Positions 6,752 through 16,604 of a stretch of 45,565 nt of DNA are shown here, piece by piece (position 1 is the stretch's first letter; each line of letters begins with the position of its first letter). The translations under genes and the position numbers were made by a program. Below the pieces are notes generated by a model. The model made no database searches, was not told where the DNA came from, and worked only from the letters and a program-made list of their open reading frames with translations. The stretch lies in UHGV virus genome UHGV-1357383. One strand, written 5' to 3'. This stretch comes from a virus.

Positions 6752-9700
6752 ATGGCTGAGAACGCTGGCAGCATTTATTACGATATTGAAATGGATGTGC
6801 AGGGGCTTCTCGTAGCTCAACAACGCGTTAATCAGCGCCTGGACCTGATGGAGCGCGGTTTCGACAGCACAACACGCGCCGTCAATAACACTGAGCGCTC
6901 TATGTCCAGCCTGTCAGGCGTAGCCGTTGCTTTGGCCGCAGCTCTTTCTGTAAAGCAAGTTTCCGAATATGCAGATGCCTGGGCAACTGTAAATAACAAG
7001 CTGGCTAACTCACTGCGGCCTAACGAGCAACTTGCTGATGTAACAGAACGCGTATTCAACATTACTCAGCAAACTCGCAGTAGTTTAGATGCAACGGCAT
7101 CCCTCTACGCAAGACTGGAAAGGGCAACCAGGCAGTATGGGACCAGCGCAGATGATCTGGCGAAGTTAACCACAATCATAAACCAAGGGTTCGTTGTATC
7201 AGGTGCCACGGCGCAAGAGGCCGAGAACGCGATTATTCAGTTGTCGCAGGGCCTTGCTTCTGGAGCTTTACGCGGCGAGGAATTCAACTCTGTAAACGAA
7301 CAGGGTAACCGTCTTATTGTCGCTCTTGCTGACTCCATGGGAGTTAGCATCGGCGAAATGCGGAACATGGCTGCACAGGGCAAGTTAACAACCGACGTGG
7401 TTGTTAATGGGCTTCTATCCCAAGGAGCAGTGATCGGAAAAGAGTTTGCCAATACAACGACGACGATCAGTCAGGCACTGCAGGTGGCTGGTAACAACGT
7501 AACTAAATTCTTTGGCGAAAACTCTACCGTTAAAACTGGTGCCGCTATTTTTAATGATGCAGTTGTGACTGCCAGTGAAAACATTGGCGTTCTGAGCGCT
7601 GCATTAACTGCTGCAGCAGCAATTATGGGAAGCCGGTATGTCGGCGCATTGACAATGTCTGCCGCCTCTCAGATCCAGTCTGCCTTGGCAGCCCAGCGTC
7701 AGGCCACTGCCAATGCCCAGGCCGCTCAGTCTGCGCTAATTGCTGCTACGTCAGTGAAGAGAAAAGCGGTTGCAGACAAAGAGGCGGCTTTGTCTTCCCT
7801 TGCCTTAGCGCAGGCAGAATATAATGTGGCCAAGGGTAGCGCAGCTGAAATGCTTGCGCTGGATGCGTTAGTTGCAGCTAAATCAAGAGCAAGTGCAGCG
7901 TCATTGTCTTTGGCGCAGGCAGAAACTGCACAAGCCGCGGCATCTGCACGAGCGGCGGCTGCAGCAAGTGCTGCCTCGGTAGGTATAGGCCTTGCTCGTG
8001 GAGCTCTTTCTTTGATTGGCGGGCCCGGTGGCGCTGCCATGCTGGCAGCATCAGCCATTTTCTACTTCTGGCAGAAAGCTCAACAAGCCAGAGAGGAGGC
8101 GCTCCGCTTTGCCGATAGTCTGGACAAAGTAAACGCCTCAATGAAGGCGATGAATAATACCCAGCTCAGGGGCACCATCGCCGATGCTAACGAGTCTATT
8201 AGAGCGCAAAAAGATGAAATTTCTGATCTGCAGGCAGAGGTTGACTCTTTAAGTTCTAGATATCGTAATTTCACCCCAGAAGCTCAAGCTGTAGCTGAAT
8301 CATTGGGCCAAGGAGCTGATTTTGCCCGTCAGCAGGCTGAGGTTTCTGACCAGTTAGCCAAGAAATCAAGGGATCTTGCCAACGCTCAAGATAAGTTGGC
8401 GCAAACTCAGGAAACTGCGGCTGAAGCCAACAGAACATTAACAAACAACATGCTCACTTCAATGGGTGTGCATGATGGGCTGATCCAAAAGGGTTGGTCA
8501 CTTGAGCAGGTGCAGATCGCGGTTGCGAAGGCTTTCGGCAACACTGCTGATGAAATAAACCGAGCAAATCAGGCGGGACAAAACTTCAACCCTAAAGCGC
8601 TGCAGGTTTCTCCTCCTACCGCTGATGGCGACAAAGTAATTCTTAACCTCGAAGAGCAGAACGAGTTACTGAAAATTCAGGATGAACGTCAAAGAGCAGT
8701 GACTAAAGCCAGGATGCAGGCGGCGAAGGTTACTGACAACCCAAATCAGATATCAAAAGCTGGCGATCTGGCTGGAGAAAACTACGACCTTCAGAAAGCA
8801 GAAGAAGCCCGCCAGGAGGCTCAGAGAAAGGGAGAACAGCAAGATAAACGTTCAGCCTCAGCCGCAGAATCGGTATCACAAAAACTTGAACAGCTTCGGC
8901 AGAAAGCTATGCTCGCAGCTGATTCTTCTCAAGAGCTATCGCGAGAACAGTCCATACTCTCCGCTCAGCAGTCTCTGGGCAAGGGTGCCACGCAGGAGCA
9001 AATTGCTCTGGCCGGGAAATATGCCGCTCAGGCATACGATGTTGCCGCCGCCATTAAGGCTCAGCAAAAAGCAGAGAAGGAGAAGCAGGATACTGAAAGC
9101 GCTTATGCCCAGGTAAGGCAGGCAGCATCACCTGTGGTCGCAGTGGATGATCAGTTTCAGAAGCAAATGGCTTCCCTGAATGCCTATGCCACGCTTTACC
9201 CGCAGAAAATTGCTGAGGTCGAGGCGACTCGCGCCCAGATTGAGGAACAGTACCGCCAGAAGCGGCAAGAAGCTATGTGGCAGGAACTCAGCCAGCAAAG
9301 CCTCGGCTATAACATGCTGACGAGTGCGGTGGATTCCTTTAGCGGGAATGCCTCCAATGCGATCACCGGTCTGCTAACCGGCACAATGTCAGCACAGGAG
9401 GCAATGCGGTCGCTCGGCAACACCATCCTGAACAGCGTGATCAACAGCATTGTTCAGGTGGGCGTAGAAGCGCTGAAAAACTACATCCTCGGTCAGACGC
9501 TCGGTGCCGCATCGGTGGCGACATCAGTCGGACTGGCGGCAACTACCGCATCGGCCTGGGCTCCGGCGGCCGCGATGGCATCGCTCGCCTCGTTCGGTGC
9601 TAACGCTGGCCCGGCAGCAGCTGGTATCAGTTCGACAGTTGGGCTTGCCAGCGGGCTTGCGCTTGCCGGCGCTCGCTACAACGGCGGACCGGTATCAGCC

Positions 9701-10015
9701 GGCGGCCTGTATCAGATCGGCGAGAAAGGCAAGCCAGAGATTTACCAGGCCAGCACCGGCAAGCAGTACATGATCCCTGGCGATAACGGGAAGGTCATCA
9801 GCAATAAGGATATGCAGTCAGGAGGAGGGATCAGCGTGCAGGTGAACGTCATCAACCAGTCTACCGGCGCCACCGTTCAGAGTGCCGACGGCTACATGCA
9901 GGACGGTAGCGCAGTGGTGGATTTGCTGATCACCGACATGGAAAGAGGCGGCCCCGTATCCTCTCAGATGCAGCAGACATTTGGACTAAGCCGCAAAGCG
10001 CAAGGTGCTTACTAA
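6752..10015 (+). CDS. Tail tape measure protein (about 1088 aa)
   Basis: Very long Ala/Gln-rich coiled-coil protein. C-terminal GGPVSAGGLYQIGEKGKPEIYQ motif typical of lambda H-like tape measure proteins. ATG at 6752 with GGAG RBS. The track start at 6734 is a TTG. Confidence 0.85.
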   Translation: MAENAGSIYYDIEMDVQGLLVAQQRVNQRLDLMERGFDSTTRAVNNTERSMSSLSGVAVALAAALSVKQVSEYADAWATVNNKLANSLRPNEQLADVTERVFNITQQTRSSLDATASLYARLERATRQYGTSADDLAKLTTIINQGFVVSGATAQEAENAIIQLSQGLASGALRGEEFNSVNEQGNRLIVALADSMGVSIGEMRNMAAQGKLTTDVVVNGLLSQGAVIGKEFANTTTTISQALQVAGNNVTKFFGENSTVKTGAAIFNDAVVTASENIGVLSAALTAAAAIMGSRYVGALTMSAASQIQSALAAQRQATANAQAAQSALIAATSVKRKAVADKEAALSSLALAQAEYNVAKGSAAEMLALDALVAAKSRASAASLSLAQAETAQAAASARAAAAASAASVGIGLARGALSLIGGPGGAAMLAASAIFYFWQKAQQAREEALRFADSLDKVNASMKAMNNTQLRGTIADANESIRAQKDEISDLQAEVDSLSSRYRNFTPEAQAVAESLGQGADFARQQAEVSDQLAKKSRDLANAQDKLAQTQETAAEANRTLTNNMLTSMGVHDGLIQKGWSLEQVQIAVAKAFGNTADEINRANQAGQNFNPKALQVSPPTADGDKVILNLEEQNELLKIQDERQRAVTKARMQAAKVTDNPNQISKAGDLAGENYDLQKAEEARQEAQRKGEQQDKRSASAAESVSQKLEQLRQKAMLAADSSQELSREQSILSAQQSLGKGATQEQIALAGKYAAQAYDVAAAIKAQQKAEKEKQDTESAYAQVRQAASPVVAVDDQFQKQMASLNAYATLYPQKIAEVEATRAQIEEQYRQKRQEAMWQELSQQSLGYNMLTSAVDSFSGNASNAITGLLTGTMSAQEAMRSLGNTILNSVINSIVQVGVEALKNYILGQTLGAASVATSVGLAATTASAWAPAAAMASLASFGANAGPAAAGISSTVGLASGLALAGARYNGGPVSAGGLYQIGEKGKPEIYQASTGKQYMIPGDNGKVISNKDMQSGGGISVQVNVINQSTGATVQSADGYMQDGSAVVDLLITDMERGGPVSSQMQQTFGLSRKAQGAY

Positions 10016-10017
10016 AC

Positions 10018-10042
10018 CAAACCCGCTCCGGCGGGTTTTTTA
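10018..10042 (+). terminator. Intrinsic terminator aaacccgc-tccg-gcgggtt plus TTTTTTAATGCC
   Basis: Paralog of the hairpins at 6709 and 42394. Confidence 0.6.
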
Positions 10043-10534
10043 ATGCCCGGAGGAAACGTGGCAACAGTTCAATACCCTCCGTTCCTGCCGCTTCCCCAGC
10101 GCGCCGATCAGAACATGACGCAGGATACAGCCTGGCAGACGACGCAGACGGCAGTCGGTCCATTGATAATCACGCCGATCACTACGGACCTTAAAGCGAC
10201 ATGGACGCTGCAGTGGATATTCACGCTGGCCCAGGCCGAGCGGTTTAAGTCGTGGCTTCGCTCGCCGACATACTGCGACCGCGGGCGCAACTGGTTCCAG
10301 ATGCCGATCGACCTGGGTGATACGCAGGGCGTTCAGCAGCAGACTCTGCATTTCGTCGACATGCCGGTGCAGACCAGCAAAAACGGCAACATTGTCACCT
10401 GGACCGCAACGGTTATAAGCAACGGTATCGAGGACATTACCGAGGACTACGACGACTGGATTGTCGAGGCGCAGCCGGGCTACGGCTATTGGCTGGATTA
10501 TCTGATCACCGAAGTGATGCCGAGGGCTGACTGA
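10043..10534 (+). CDS. Minor tail protein (M-position, 163 aa)
   Basis: First gene after the tape measure gene. An alternative GTG start at 10058 is preceded by GGAGGA. Confidence 0.5.
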   Translation: MPGGNVATVQYPPFLPLPQRADQNMTQDTAWQTTQTAVGPLIITPITTDLKATWTLQWIFTLAQAERFKSWLRSPTYCDRGRNWFQMPIDLGDTQGVQQQTLHFVDMPVQTSKNGNIVTWTATVISNGIEDITEDYDDWIVEAQPGYGYWLDYLITEVMPRAD

Positions 10535-11004
10535 TGCCAACATTAAGAGAATGGAAAGAGCGGCGGCCGGCAAGCGATATCAAACAGACGGTGGAGTTTT
10601 ATCACCCTGCGTTTGGTTATTACCGGGTGGTCAATAACCTGTTTCGCCCGGCGACGTTCGGCGGAAACTCATTCGATCCTGCGCGGTTCAGCGTGACCGA
10701 GCCGGCGCAGGACGGAACGGCGGTCATATCAATGACCATAACGTTTGTCGCCGCGACGGAGCATGTCCGGCAGACACTGAAAAGCTGGCGCGGGGCGGCG
10801 CGCATGACGCCGATAAAGTGCCTGTATCAGCAGTGGAATGCGATCGGTGACACTACATCCCTGAAAGACTGGACGCTTTACGTGAACGACATTTCAGCCG
10901 ATGCCAGCAACGTCACCGTGACCGCCGGAAAGACTAACCCGCTGACGCTGGCCAACTCCATCATTTACACCACGAAAGACTATCCCGGGCTAATCACCGT
11001 ATGA
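10534..11004 (+). CDS. Minor tail protein (L-position, 156 aa)
   Basis: Translationally coupled (TGATG) to the previous gene. Position in the tail tip gene series. Confidence 0.5.
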   Translation: MPTLREWKERRPASDIKQTVEFYHPAFGYYRVVNNLFRPATFGGNSFDPARFSVTEPAQDGTAVISMTITFVAATEHVRQTLKSWRGAARMTPIKCLYQQWNAIGDTTSLKDWTLYVNDISADASNVTVTAGKTNPLTLANSIIYTTKDYPGLITV

Positions 11005-11396
11005 CACAGAGCGACTTTATCGGGCTTGTTAACGGCAAGCCCTGGGCTAACCGCGCCTGTAGTTTTGAGCAGATGGACTGCTGGGGACTGGTGGTTCTCT
11101 ATTACCGGCATGTGCTCGGCCTGGAGCTGCATCACATCGCTGGCTACGAATCGGGCGCGGATTTCATCACCTGCTACGAACAGGAACACGCCCACTGGCG
11201 GCGTGTGCCGGTGGCGGCAACCGGCTGCATCGCCGTTTTTTACCGCGGCGAAGTGCCGGCGCATATCGGTGTGATGATCAGCCCGGTTAAGTGCCTGCAT
11301 GCCCGCGGGGAATTTGGTTTTGTGCGCTGCGATAGCCCGCTGGCATTACTGAAGGTTTACAGCAAAGTGGAGTACATGGTGCATGGTTCGATATGA
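11001..11396 (+). CDS. Tail assembly protein K-like, NlpC/P60 family (131 aa)
   Basis: Cys...His pattern (MDCWGLVVLYYRH ... HIGVM) typical of NlpC/P60 K-like proteins. Confidence 0.6.
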   Translation: MTQSDFIGLVNGKPWANRACSFEQMDCWGLVVLYYRHVLGLELHHIAGYESGADFITCYEQEHAHWRRVPVAATGCIAVFYRGEVPAHIGVMISPVKCLHARGEFGFVRCDSPLALLKVYSKVEYMVHGSI

Positions 11397-13860
11397 GTTA
11401 CAGAGGCTGCCTGGCGCGCCGCTGCAGCGGGGAACGGTAGATGCCGGCACCACACTGGTGAGCCTGCTGGATTCTCTGCAGCTGCACCGCGATGTTATCG
11501 TGAAACTGAATGGCCGAGCGCTGCCTGACGATTACGATATCAGCCGGCCACTGCGTTCTGGCGACGTCGTGGCTGTCTTCGACCAGCCAGAAGGCGGGGT
11601 TGGCAAACTCATCACCACGATATTGCGTCCGGTCACGAAAATCCTCTCCGGCGCGCTGAAGGTGTTCGGCCTGTCAAATAAGCCCAGCGCGTCAGTATCG
11701 GTGGCGACAGGCGAATCCCCCAATAATGACCTGACCGGCCAGACGAACCGCGCACGACTCTACAAGGGGCGCCCGAACATTTACGGCCAGTGCCGCGTCT
11801 TTCCTGACCTGATTCAGGAGGCGCTGTTCGAGTTTGTCGACAATAACAAACAGCTTACGGAGTGGTTTGAGGTCGGTTACGGACGGTACACCATATCGTC
11901 GATCCGCTACTCGGAATCGAACCTCGGCAGCCTGGCGGGAGCCAGTTCTGCGATTTATAACCCGGGTGACGTGATCGGCACGATTGAGGTGGGGTATCAG
12001 TTCGATGACGTCGATAACGAGACGGTCCCAGGACTGAATGAAAGTCAGGACTTCCCGGCCCAGACAGCGACCACGACGGCGCCGACATCGGTGGCGATCG
12101 AGAGTAATCAGCTAAAGGCTGTTGTGCTGTCGAACGATGACAACTTCAGCTATTTTGCTGCGCTGGCGGTACCTCATCCCGTGTCATTCGTCATCAATGC
12201 CACCTGGAACGACGGCGGCACAAGCGTCACACGAAACGTCACCGGCGCCGGGAATATCATCTCCTCGGAGAGCTTTATCGGTGACGACACGCTTTCTTAC
12301 ACGACGTTCTATATCGGCGAACTCTCCGGAGAGATTACGTCTCTGCCTGGCGACGCAGTTGTCAACGCGACGCTTTTCACCCTGAACGATCAGACACCAC
12401 TTGTTATCGGTCCGTCAGTGTCGCCGATTGTCTCTACGCAGGTCTGGGTGCATGTGCTGGTTCAGCTCGGCGCGACGGCCGGCACAACGCAATACCGGAT
12501 CAAGTTCTGGCAGGTCGATGACGACAACAATCAGGTGCCGGGTACATCCGAGCAGCACGATTACTTCTTCGATAACGACTTCCAGGTGACGACCCGGTAT
12601 TTCCGCACAACGCATAAGTTCGTTCCGACAGCCGGGGCAGGGCGCTATGCGGTGACCATCGAGCGCCTCGACAACAGCAATGACGCCAACGTCGTGACGC
12701 TGATGGCGATCCACGCAGTGAACGTGCGCGAAAACGTCGTGTATCCGGAAGACACGATTGCCCGCATCACGATCAAAGGCTCGAACGACAGCAACAGCAA
12801 CCGTGAGCAGAAGTACAACATGCTGGCGCAACGGCATACCATCAGCTACGACCGGACAACCGGCGCGGTTGATTACACGCTGCGGCCGAGTCGTTCGTTT
12901 GCTGACGCTATCCTGCATGAGTGGGTGGTTGTCGGTAAGCAGGACGTAGCCAGTATTGACGTCGCGGCGCTGTATGCCATTGCCGATTCGCTGCCGGATG
13001 CTCAGCTTGGGTATTTCGATTACACCTTCTCGGATGAGAAGCAGCCTCTTGGTGAGCGCATAGCGACGATCGCCAATGTGGCCCGCGTTGACGGCAATAA
13101 TATCGGCGATGTGCTGACGTTCTGGCGTGATGAGAAAGTGACAAATCCGGATGCGGTTTTTGCGCGCTCAAACATGTTCTGGGACGAGTACAAAATGGCA
13201 TGGCAAATGTCTCTCCCTGGTGGTTATGACGGCGTGGCGTTGGACTACGTCGACCCGCTGACGAACAAGAAGGCGTACATCTACCTGCAGATCGACAGCA
13301 GCGGAATCACTGAGGTTGAGGACGCCACGGTTAATGCGATGCAGATCAGCCTGGACGGCTGCCGAAACGCCACTCAGGCAACCGATCGGGCCTGGCTTGA
13401 GGCGAGGAAAATCCTTTACTCACGCCTGACCATGACAGTGAAAGTGCTGGAGTCGACGCAGGTGGTGCGAGGTACGGTGGTTCAGTGTCCGGACATGTAC
13501 GACAACGCGCAGCAGACTGGATACATCACCGGACGCTCCGGGGATGTGTTCTCGACGTCAGAGCGTATCGACTTTTCTCTCGGCGATATGTGGGTGGTGA
13601 TGACCGACAACCTCGGCAATTACCGCGGGCGCTGGCGAGCTTATCCGGTAAGCAGCAAGCCAAAAGCATTTCAGGCTGCAGCCGACACATTCGATCTGAA
13701 TATTTATGACCGCAGTACGGTACAAAACCCCAGTCGGTATTTCATCGCTACCGACTCGGAACTGAACTCCACAATCTGGCGCGTCGATAGCGCCAAACCC
13801 AACGGTGATGACACACAGACGTTATCACTGATCGAATATTCAGACTCAATTTACCCATAA
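11383..13860 (+). CDS. Tail tip / host specificity protein (J-like) with N-terminal tail assembly protein I-like segment (825 aa)
   Basis: N-terminal 70 aa resemble lambda gpI-like ubiquitin-fold proteins. Large downstream tail tip protein in the J position. Confidence 0.55.
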   Translation: MVRYELQRLPGAPLQRGTVDAGTTLVSLLDSLQLHRDVIVKLNGRALPDDYDISRPLRSGDVVAVFDQPEGGVGKLITTILRPVTKILSGALKVFGLSNKPSASVSVATGESPNNDLTGQTNRARLYKGRPNIYGQCRVFPDLIQEALFEFVDNNKQLTEWFEVGYGRYTISSIRYSESNLGSLAGASSAIYNPGDVIGTIEVGYQFDDVDNETVPGLNESQDFPAQTATTTAPTSVAIESNQLKAVVLSNDDNFSYFAALAVPHPVSFVINATWNDGGTSVTRNVTGAGNIISSESFIGDDTLSYTTFYIGELSGEITSLPGDAVVNATLFTLNDQTPLVIGPSVSPIVSTQVWVHVLVQLGATAGTTQYRIKFWQVDDDNNQVPGTSEQHDYFFDNDFQVTTRYFRTTHKFVPTAGAGRYAVTIERLDNSNDANVVTLMAIHAVNVRENVVYPEDTIARITIKGSNDSNSNREQKYNMLAQRHTISYDRTTGAVDYTLRPSRSFADAILHEWVVVGKQDVASIDVAALYAIADSLPDAQLGYFDYTFSDEKQPLGERIATIANVARVDGNNIGDVLTFWRDEKVTNPDAVFARSNMFWDEYKMAWQMSLPGGYDGVALDYVDPLTNKKAYIYLQIDSSGITEVEDATVNAMQISLDGCRNATQATDRAWLEARKILYSRLTMTVKVLESTQVVRGTVVQCPDMYDNAQQTGYITGRSGDVFSTSERIDFSLGDMWVVMTDNLGNYRGRWRAYPVSSKPKAFQAAADTFDLNIYDRSTVQNPSRYFIATDSELNSTIWRVDSAKPNGDDTQTLSLIEYSDSIYP

Positions 13861-13929
13861 TCAACTTTCGCGCACACCATCAGATTCGCTTCTGAGGGTT
13901 TAGTGCGCCTATCAAGGGCGACATGCACA

Positions 13930-16188
13930 ATGGCAGAAGTTCCACTCCCAACGCCGACGCAGGTTCCGGTACCGAGTACCGATATCCGCAATGCGGTATT
14001 TGCAGGCGCGAAGCTTGACGAAGAAGTTACTGGCACCGGTGAATTCTATACTGACCGTCTTGGTGTAAAGCGCCTGACGAACACCGGAAGAAATAATCAG
14101 TTCGATGCCGCGCAACTGGACAGAGCTAATCGGTTTGAGCAATTCCTTCTGTCCTCCGGCTACGTTTTTCTTGGCGACTATGAGGATGGTCCATTTCAGT
14201 TTAGTGCTCGTAACCAGTACATCCGCTATAACAACCAGTATTACCGCCTGAATGCTGCTACTGACGTCGGCTTTACGACCACCGGAACCGATGCGACCAG
14301 CTTTGCTAGCGACGTTAATCACTTCGTTCTGATGGATGGTGATACGCTTCGCCAAAACCTAGGTTCAGGCGAAGGCTTTAAACTCGTCGGCCAGTTTGGG
14401 CATGTAGATGAGTTGAGGAGATATTTCCCGTCAGCAGACGGTGAGTCTGTACTGGTAAAATCATATAACCACGGATGGGCGGCCGTGGCCGATTCTCCGC
14501 GAGGGGGCGGTGAGTTTTATTACGATGCTACCGACACCACTTCTGCTGACGACGGGGTGTTTACGTTCGTCACTATTGGCGGCCATAGATTTAAAAGGCG
14601 TAATCTTAATGGTGTTATTACGCTATCTCAGGCGGGATCCCCGGTAGATGGCTCGACAAATGCTGATGAGGCGTTTACGCGACTGCACAACGCTATTTTA
14701 TCCCGTTCTGACTTGTGGCGAGTAGACGGTGAGAATTTAACGTATGTGCGCACCACCCCCTTACTTCAGGATATTTCGCGTTATTCAGTCAATAACATGT
14801 ACCTGATGTTTGATGGTGTTACAGATTTTTCATCAGAAACGCCGTTCTATGCCTGGAGACCATCCGATAGCCTTGGCACTAATAAGCGTACGTTCACACG
14901 CAAGATGAAAAACGTTACGTTCCACGGTCCTGGTTATCGCATTGATACAAACATCCACGGTTTGCTTTTGCACATGGAAAGCCAAAGCGAATCCCTGCGG
15001 CAAATGAAATTTGAAAATGTTAATGTGCGCGACTTTAATAAAGGGCACGTATATGGAGACCATGCTTATCTGATTACGTTTGAAAACTGCAACATCTGGC
15101 GTTGCTTTACTGGATTGTCTGACAGAGAGATTATTGAAGGTGTGGCCTTAACTGACTCTGGAGAGAATATCCGTTACGTTGATTGTTTACTGGATAGTCT
15201 GCACCAACTTTGGGATTTGGGAACACAAGAGTTAGTACTGACTTTTGATAAAGTGAGCTTTGACTATACTGGTCGTACTGCTGTTGAAAAGTATACTCAA
15301 GGTTCTTATCGAGGAACTCACCAGATAACACTCCGGGACTGTTTTATTGAATCGGGTAACGTGAATGCTGGCTGGTATGGATTTGGTTTCTATACTACGG
15401 CTGCATCTACTTTGCGTATTATTGGCGGCATCATTCGTCTTGTCAGCACCACGTATAATAACTGCCCCTATTTTTTCTACGATACATCTGGTCTTGCATC
15501 GTTCGAAATTGACGGTACAACAATTAACGGATGGGGTGCAAAACAATGGGCCAATACCGGCCTTCGTAAATTCAGGCCAAATCTCAAAGGGGAGACAAGT
15601 CAGTTTTCGTTGCACACCACTGACGACCCGATAGTGTGGAATCCTAATAATATAAATGACCTTGACTATCAGGTGCGTGGTCTTCGTGGGACTACTGTGT
15701 ACACGGACAGATACACAAACGACCGCATCACTGTTGTTGAAAGTAGCATCACTAAAGACGACGGCACCGTAGTTCCGACCCTGCTAATTACAAAGCTTGC
15801 AGGGTATGGTCAGTTAGCTGATTTTATCGTCAAGGCCCGCCGCCCGGTCAAAGCAGATCATAATTCAATAATGCACGGGAAAATAACATTTGTGCCCGGA
15901 GCGAATAGGAGTTCAGCAAGGGTAATAACGGCGATAACCGGATGCCTCACCCCAGGCAGAACAACGCCTGTAGGTGTTATGGAGTCGTACATGTCAACAA
16001 CAATAACATCAACCGCCGTGTCGCTGCTGGACCCTGTTCCCTGGTATGAGATCAACACAAGCTGGGGGGCCAACAAATCAGCTCAATTTCTTAGCTTTGA
16101 GTACGACATGATAAGGCTGGATTTATCCAATCTGGCCGCCGGCGATGCAATACACGTTCATTCACTTCAATGGTTTGGGGCGTTCTGA
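13930..16188 (+). CDS. Tailspike / tail fibre with parallel beta-helix (putative polysaccharide depolymerase) domain (about 752 aa)
   Basis: N-terminal anchor-like region then a long region of beta-helix style repeats. C-terminal half is AT-rich. ATG at 13930 is the likely start. The track start at 13903 is a GTG. Confidence 0.6.
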   Translation: MAEVPLPTPTQVPVPSTDIRNAVFAGAKLDEEVTGTGEFYTDRLGVKRLTNTGRNNQFDAAQLDRANRFEQFLLSSGYVFLGDYEDGPFQFSARNQYIRYNNQYYRLNAATDVGFTTTGTDATSFASDVNHFVLMDGDTLRQNLGSGEGFKLVGQFGHVDELRRYFPSADGESVLVKSYNHGWAAVADSPRGGGEFYYDATDTTSADDGVFTFVTIGGHRFKRRNLNGVITLSQAGSPVDGSTNADEAFTRLHNAILSRSDLWRVDGENLTYVRTTPLLQDISRYSVNNMYLMFDGVTDFSSETPFYAWRPSDSLGTNKRTFTRKMKNVTFHGPGYRIDTNIHGLLLHMESQSESLRQMKFENVNVRDFNKGHVYGDHAYLITFENCNIWRCFTGLSDREIIEGVALTDSGENIRYVDCLLDSLHQLWDLGTQELVLTFDKVSFDYTGRTAVEKYTQGSYRGTHQITLRDCFIESGNVNAGWYGFGFYTTAASTLRIIGGIIRLVSTTYNNCPYFFYDTSGLASFEIDGTTINGWGAKQWANTGLRKFRPNLKGETSQFSLHTTDDPIVWNPNNINDLDYQVRGLRGTTVYTDRYTNDRITVVESSITKDDGTVVPTLLITKLAGYGQLADFIVKARRPVKADHNSIMHGKITFVPGANRSSARVITAITGCLTPGRTTPVGVMESYMSTTITSTAVSLLDPVPWYEINTSWGANKSAQFLSFEYDMIRLDLSNLAAGDAIHVHSLQWFGAF

Positions 16189-16400
16189 TGAGTGACTACA
16201 TGAGTTATAAAATGGCGGTTGGTGCAGTGCGTAGTGGTGCTGAAAGAATCAGGCGCATTGACTGGGTTGATACAACGTATGTTTCCGCAGCTGCTGTTGA
16301 TGACCCCTCTAATGCCCCGTTAGTGCTCTTTACTAATGGCGTTGAGAGCGACTACTCACCGACCGATGATGATAGGGCCGGAGACTGGATTTGTTTTTGA
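16187..16400 (+). CDS. Small hypothetical protein after the tailspike gene (about 70 aa)
   Basis: ATG overlaps the tailspike stop (TGATG). Confidence 0.35.
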
Positions 16401-16604
16401 TATAAAACGGACATGCCGATACTGGAGACTCACTTGATAGCCTTGAGCCTCCAGTTGATAGAGAAAACCATCAGTGCATGCTGATGTGAACTATCCCGTA
16501 AATACGGTTTTTATGATGCTCTTTTTTTTACTCCCTACTATTTTATTTACAATCAATGTTTGGATGCAGACAATAGTTGATGCTATTACAATAGCCGATA
16601 AATA

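Noticed and set aside
7726-8274. Several minus-strand ORFs inside the tape measure gene
   Set aside because: Ala-rich antisense frames of a GCN-rich coiled-coil gene. Lie entirely within an essential gene.
12415-13201. Minus-strand ORFs inside the tail tip gene
   Set aside because: Antisense to a long well-supported gene. Arg/His-rich, implausible.
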